Made by a program: the position numbers and the translations under genes. A DNA stretch of 64,000 bases from the human T2T-CHM13v2.0 reference genome, Homo sapiens, in the NCBI RefSeq assembly GCF_009914755.1, contig NC_060927.1, one strand, 5' to 3'. Shown in pieces: positions 57,905-64,000 of this stretch (position 1 is the stretch's first letter; each line of letters opens with the position of its first letter). The notes below the pieces were generated by a model. That model was not told the origin of the DNA and ran no database searches. It saw nothing but the letters and a program-made list of their open reading frames with translations.

Positions 57905-58510
57905 AGTGCACCAGTAGGAAGGAAGGTCTGGGGCAGTCACTTGTAGCTGGTCACCTGCAATCATGAACTCCTTGGAGGATCTGGCTCTGTTGCCCAGGCT
58001 GGTGTGTAGTGGCCTGATCACTGCTCTCTGCAGCCTCAACCTCCTAGGCTCATTCGATCCCCTGAAGGGAACCCTAAGCAGAGTATTCCTGACTATGTGC
58101 TGTCACCATTAGCAATGAGCACCGTTCCCTACACTGATTCGCGGCACTCCCAGCTTCCTAGCCACACCTCAAACACAGCCAAAGAGGTGCTCTGCAGCCT
58201 GGACAGCTCCTTCAGTTTGGCAGCAGAGTGCGTCTCTGTGCCATGTGGTCTTGGGCCTATGGAGTTGCTGGAGGACCCTGGGTTCCAGGTGCCCGCCGTA
58301 CTTGGATCACAGCCTAAGGTGCAATTGGTTGTGGGAATGGGGCAGATGCTTCACCAGCTGGCAGCTTGGAATCATTGTCCTGACACTGAGCACATACTGT
58401 CACTTATTTTGTGGCTGATGGATTTTTTTAGTGACACTCCTCCAAAAACGCATGCCCTTTCTTCACACGACCGCTTCCTCACTACTTTGAAGTTCATGGT
58501 GTAAAAAAAG
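57905..58510 (+). pseudogene. Probable processed retrocopy of an unidentified transcript containing an Alu-derived cassette
   Basis: GC-rich island in AT-rich repeat context; tail-less antisense Alu segment 57976-58060; ends in an A run. Parent not recognised, no TSD seen. Confidence 0.4.
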
Positions 58511-58518
58511 TTCTGTTT

Positions 58519-58750
58519 ACACATGAACACATGGGGAGAACGACACAGAATGGGGCCTACTGAAGGGTGGAGGGTGGGCAGATGGAGAGGATCAGGAAAA
58601 ATAACTAATGGGTACTAGGCTTAATACCTGGATGAAAATAATCTGTACAACAAACCCCCATGACATAAGTTTACTTATGTAACAAACCTGCACATGTACC
58701 CCTGAACCTAAAATGAGAGTTAAAAAAAAAGAATGTAAAGGGGAAAAAAA
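58519..58750 (+). mobile_element. L1PA (L1PA13-16-like) 3' end
   Basis: gagaggatcaggaaaaataactaatgggtactaggcttaatacc...gtacccctgaacctaaaat; TSD agttctgttt. Confidence 0.92.
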
Positions 58751-59351
58751 TAGTTCTGTTTTTAAAAAAATCTATTTTCATTATCACAACAGATTTCAAT
58801 ATCACATTTTTCTAGAAAAGAATAAAAGAGCTGTTACATTCTCTTGGCAACTATTGTAAATTTGATAGAAAACAATAGAATATTTTGTCAGCTACTAATA
58901 TGAACAAAGTTTCTCATTCATGTTGACTACCAAGAGATAATCATTAAAAAATTGACATCAAGAAATGTTTATAGCTTTTTTAGGCATACTATCTGATATG
59001 AAAGTTTTGTCCACAGAAATAAGCCTAAGTTTCTAGGTAACCAATTTGAGAATATTTCACTTGGAAGTTTTACATAAATTTGATATTTAATATCTTCCCC
59101 CATACTTTACATTTTATTTTTATTATCATAATTATACAAAGAAAATTGCTTCTGAATCCCCTATGGTTCATTCCAGTATATCTTACAGATATTATCATTT
59201 TTTTCACATTCTATAATGTGGAAAGGTCAGGAATCACTGTTTGAGAACAGCTAGCATATTATCTGCAGATAATGATAATCTTAAATACTCTTTGATAATA
59301 ATTAGACTTTTAATTTCTGCTTAAACCATTGCATCAGTGATAACTTCTGCA

Positions 59352-59360
59352 AACACACAC

Positions 59361-59394
<34 letters not shown>

Positions 59395-59398
59395 ACAC
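59352..59398. repeat. (CA)n/(CAA)n microsatellite
   Basis: Directly visible. Confidence 0.9.
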
Positions 59399-59789
59399 CT
59401 GTGGGATTGAGCCTCTCTCCTCCTGTCTGCTGGAAGGCCATGTGCCATCAGCCATGCATTCCTCTCCCAAATCATTAACCTCTTCCTCTCTACCCCTCCT
59501 TCCCTTTAGCTTATTAACAGAATCAAATTTTCCATCTTAAAAAATCAAGGTATATTCTATCAGATTTGCATTCTCAGGCAAGTCTTACCATCAAACTTTG
59601 TCAAAAAGTTTATGCCAATTTTCTCCCTTTCCACTGCTCTTAATTACTTTTCAATTCAAGATAGTCTGACCATGCTACCAAAACAATCTCAGAGGATCAT
59701 CTTCACCTTGCAAAGCCCTGGGTTCTCTTTAGAGTCCTCATCATTCCTGAAACCTTTGCTGATCTCCTTCCTTCCCCTTTAAAAAACAA

Positions 59790-59975
59790 ACTATTATTTA
59801 TTCAGCATTTACTGTGAGTCAGGAATTGATGCTAAGTGCTTTATTTAGATTATCTCATTCAATCTTCATGACATTCTTATCTTTAGCCTTATTCTACCCA
59901 TTTTACAGATGAGGAAAGATAAATAAAATTCTCCAAGGTTACACAATGAGTAAGGGGACAGTATTGGGCATTCGG
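59790..59975 (-). mobile_element. MIR
   Basis: tgctaagtgcttt...atctcattcaatcttca...cccattttacagatgaggaaa. Confidence 0.8.
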
Positions 59976-60059
59976 GTGTCTTGAAAACTTTTCAATACTT
60001 ATATGTCTTCTATGACATTTATTTTTTGCCTTGTTCTTGTCCTGTGTCTCTGTTGCTCA

Positions 60060-61060
60060 TTTTCAAACTTCAGGAAATTTTCACTCATTAGTCTTCAAAT
60101 ATTTTTTTCTGAAGTTTACTCCTTCTACTCTCTTTCTGGGACTCTGATGGTATAAATTTAGAATTTTTGATGTTCTCCCACGAGAGAGAGAGTGCTTCTC
60201 CCCTTCCCACGTCTGCCAAGTCCTTTTTTTGTTGTTGTTCAGACTGGATAATTTCTACTGATCTTTTTTCAAATGTACTGATTCTTTTGTTGTCTTCATT
60301 CTGCTATTCAGTCTATCTGAAAAGATTTTTATTTTGGTTATTGTATTTTTTAGTTTTAAATTTTCCATCTGGTTCTTTTTGTATTTTCTATTATTTGCTG
60401 AGACTTTTTATCTTTCCATTCATTTCAAGACAGTGCTCATTTTGTGATGCATTTATATAATATTTAAAGGCTATAATTTCAAAATTGTGTCATCTCAATG
60501 TTGGCATCTGTTGCCTATCTTTTCTCATGGAAGTCAACATTTTCCCTGGTTCTTAGTACATTGAGCAATTTTGGATTGTGTTCTTTCCATTCTGAATGTT
60601 ACATTATGAGACTCAGGGTCTTGTTTAAATCCTATGGAGGATTTTGATATTTTTGTTTTAGCAGGCAACTGACCTAGTTGGGTTCAGGCCAAAAGCCAGA
60701 CCAGCTTCTGTGGGTTATAGTTTTAATGACAGTTCAGTTTACAAAGCCTTTGCAAAGCTACTTGGATCTGTCTCATGTGCACCCAATCCCATAGTTCTCT
60801 TCTCATAGTGTCTGGTATTCTATCTAGGGTCAGAAGTACACAAGTGCAGGTCAATGGTGAGCCCTGGGGTTCATAAACAACTCTATGGGATGGATTTTCT
60901 GAGCCTTTCTCTCTCCAAGATCTCCCTGATTCTCTCAAATACACTATGGCTTCCCTTTTCAGTCTGGGCATTTAGTTACCCTACTCTTCTGTGTACTTCC
61001 CAACATATGTTGTATGCATCCCCCAACCACAAAATATGCACTCAATATGAAACGGCCAAT
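60060..61060 (-). mobile_element. Old L1 5'/ORF1 region (L1M/HAL1-like)
   Basis: ttcagactggataatttctactgatct; ttatgagactcagggtcttgtttaaatcct. Confidence 0.65.
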
Positions 61061-61462
61061 TTAAGTGCCATGTCTACACCTGGACCAAGAATAGTCAGCA
61101 AAGGGATGTCCTGAGCTGACTGGCTTGCACCAATTAGGACACTTCTCAGGGGCTCAGGATGGGTTAACCATTTGACAAAATCTAGGCTCTGTGAAGAACG
61201 GGGACATGACTGTTGGATGTCTATGTCCAACACTACAACGAGTAGTGTCTATGCACTACTTTTTTCCCCCTTTTCTTCCCTAAGCCACTAAATGGCATCA
61301 TCACCCTCCTGATCACTCAGGCTTAAAGCTTCAGAGTTTCCTTTGCGTTTGTGCATTTCATCCGCACTCACACACCTGTAAATATCCAGTCCAATGCTGA
61401 GCCTAAAGATACCTCCTGATCAAAGCCCCTCTCTTTGATCCTGTCTGTCTAGCCAATCTTTT

Positions 61463-61587
61463 ATTTATGCCTAGTGTTCCATTATTGGAACGCTAAACTT
61501 GTGGGAGTTATTTATATCCTACTGCTCAAGGTCATCACCAAGGTCTGATTTTCACCAAAAAAATTTGCAACCTCCGGCATAATTGGG
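61463..61587 (+). mobile_element. MER85 (piggyBac MITE)
   Basis: atttatgcctagtgttccattattggaacgctaa...tttgcaacctccggcataattggg followed by TTAA; left CCC/TTAA missing. Confidence 0.93.
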
Positions 61588-61734
61588 TTAAAGCCTGCTG
61601 TCTGGTCCTTGCCCTCAGATTCTCCCCTCTCACAGTCAGCTTCCAAAACAGAGGGCAACTGGTTATCAAACAAATGAAAGTCCTTAGCATTATAATCAAG
61701 ACTTCCCCATATCTACCCTACTTTTCCAAAAGTT

Positions 61735-62325
61735 GGATCTTTCAGGCCCACCCAACAACCTCTAGGAAAGAAGGAGTTACTGGAGATCAAGTTCTATAAA
61801 AACTCTTGGACAATAAGATTTGATAAGCTGTACATGTGGAGGTGCTGGGAGAGTGCATGACTAGAGAGGGCATGGAAGCTCCATGCCCCACTAAACCTTG
61901 CCCTATCCATCCCTTCACCTGGCTGTTCATCTGTATCCTTTGTCATATACTTTATAATAAAACCGTAAATATAATTAAGCATTTCCCTGGGTTCTGTGAG
62001 CTGGTCCAGCAAATTATGGAACCCAAGGAGGGGGTGAAGGGAACCTCAATTTGTAGCCAGTCAGTTTGAAGTAGGGGTGGCCTGGACTTGTGTTTGGCAC
62101 CTGGAGAGGGGGCAATCTTACTGGACTCGGCCCTAGACCTGTAGGATCTAACACTGTCTCTAGGTAGATAGCCTCAGAATTGAATGATAGCATACCCAGT
62201 TGGTGTCTGTTGGAGAATTGCTTGGTTTTGGCAGGGGAGTGGGGGGAATCATAAATGTGGTCACAGAAGTGTTCTGTGTTGAGTGTGAGAGGAAAAAGGA
62301 AAACAGTATGTTTTCTTTCCTCTAT
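61735..62325 (+). mobile_element. MER21 (B/C-like) LTR, partial
   Basis: gagagggcatggaagctccatgcccc; ctggctgttcatctgtatcctttgt; ggtagatagcctcagaattgaat. Confidence 0.8.
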
Positions 62326-62564
62326 TGTAAAGTCTTGTAAATAATGTTGCGGTAGGCATTCTTGAACATAATCATTGTCCAAATCTCTGATTAATGCCTT
62401 AAACTGGAGCCCTAGAAGTGGAATTAGTTGATGAAAATGTATGCTAATTTTACAAAATTTTGATAAGTACTTCAAAACTGCTTTTCAAAAAGGTTGTATT
62501 AATTTAGGCTCTCCTACCCTCAAGCAGCCCTCTCACCCCCGCATTATATTTTAAGAGGGCAGCA

Positions 62565-62770
62565 AAAATATGCTGGGTTCATATCCCAGCTTTACTATCT
62601 TAGGAAAGTTATTTAACCTTGCCAACGTCCAGTTTCCTTGTCTATAATACAGGGGTAGTAATAATATCCAGCTCACAGGGTTCCTATGAGAATTAAATAA
62701 AGCAATAATGTAAAATTGTCTAGTACAGTCTCTGGCAAATAACACATATATAGTCAATAAATGTTAGCAA
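62565..62770 (+). mobile_element. MIR
   Basis: ctgggttcatatcccagctttact..taggaaagttatttaacct...tgagaattaaataa. Confidence 0.8.
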
Positions 62771-64000
62771 CTGTTACCAGTAACCAGTAATATCACTCTT
62801 CCCCAAATCACTCCTGGACAGGGTAATATTTGGGTGCAAAATCCCCTAAACGCAGTTGGAAAAAGTACCAAGTTTCCCTGTTTAATAAAACTGTTTAATA
62901 GCTGAAGTCACTCAACTACCCTATCCACACAAGAGATCTCAGTATTCTAAAAATAATAGCCTATTTGGTTACCACTGGAAGTAAAAAGGATCTTCAGAAA
63001 GGTGTTTTCTGCCCTCGACATATTATTTTAACAATGGCATATATTTCCTTATTATTCCAAGAGAAACAAATTTATTTAAGGGGAAACGGCTCCAACCTGG
63101 AAAATGAGTTTTTTTCAGAAAAAGGTGAAGTCCACATAAATAGCTTCATTATTAATCATCATAAGCAGACCTCACAGGCATCAATCTGCCACAGTCTGGT
63201 CCTCAGCACCCCCAAAAGAGATCTATATTACAAGCCTTTAAAAAATGTCCTTGAGAAGTTTAAGAAAAGCCTTTGCAATTAATTTGGAAGTCTTTCTGGA
63301 ATTTTGTGTAAATTCAGTCAATTTTTTGTTTGGTTGTTCCCAGAATTTTTGGTTGAGATGATCCCAAGATAAACAGAATCACTTATAGAAAGCTGTTTGT
63401 CAGATGGATGCCCTGAAACAATTGCATTAAATTGGTTTAGCTCTATTTAAATACAAAGTAGATTATTTTCTATTGCTTTATGTGCATACATTTGCTTAAT
63501 CTTTTTATAAACTACATATTTATTAGGCATGGGAACATTAGTATTCAGCTTCTGGAGAGAAACCACTCAAAATTGTTCTGTGTCCATTGCCTAAAAGGAT
63601 ATTACTACCAGGGGGATAAATACACAGAATTTGTTCTTCTAAACTCTTCGGAGTTTTTTGACATTGGGTAAATTTGTGTCTTTAAACACTGGGGCATTTC
63701 ATGATGTAAAAACAACAGGGGAAATGAAATTGTAGGATATTATAAAAGGTCCTAGCTGCTGCTTTCTTCTGGAGTTTCTTCTCTGGGAATCTGCTAAATA
63801 AAAAAAGCTTCAGTCTGACACTGAAGGAAGCATTTGGGAACAGAAAACTGATTCAACAGATTTGCACCCGTCAGAAATACAAATATGCCCAGTGTTTTCC
63901 TGTCCTATTTTCCTTCTCTTTAAGTTCAGTGTCATCAAATCTGTAAATTTCCCATGCGGGTCACCAAATAAACCGAGATATGTAATAATAAACAGCTGGG

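Larger units (their letters stand above)
57826..59239 (+). mobile_element. hAT-Charlie-type element with transposase C-terminal remnant and nested inserts
   Basis: Follows ttctagac (Charlie-type target); termini cagagctttcc ... ggaatcactg; from 58893 reads Y*YEQSFSFMLTTKR, resembling the hAT TYLCEQGFS motif. Confidence 0.5.

Noticed and set aside
57963-57977. MNSLE start resembling the CNEP1R1 N-terminus
   Set aside because: Only five residues match; downstream frames do not resemble that protein.
62014-62475. 153-aa minus-strand ORF
   Set aside because: Spans a MER21 LTR and an L1 relic.

Overview
Simian-primate (human-like) non-coding genomic DNA, either intergenic or deep intronic. Roughly half is recognisable interspersed repeat: about 20 Alu/FLAM copies (J/S-type, no clear AluY), L1 fragments from L1PA to L1ME, L2 and MIR relics, MaLR/ERV LTRs including a full-length THE1 with TSDs, and DNA transposons (MER1B, MER102, Tigger2, MADE1, MER85, Charlie-type). 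I find no supportable protein-coding exon, RNA gene or CpG island. The longer ORFs are repeat-derived or chance. The most notable signals are: a 52-bp fold-back hairpin made from one Alu, a probable retrocopy with an exonised-Alu cassette, a ~135-bp local duplication split by the THE1, a 23-bp apparently templated insertion, and a MER85 with an intact PGBD3-binding palindrome. Subfamily names come from recalled consensus sequences and need RepeatMasker/Dfam confirmation. I see no convincing novel biological system.
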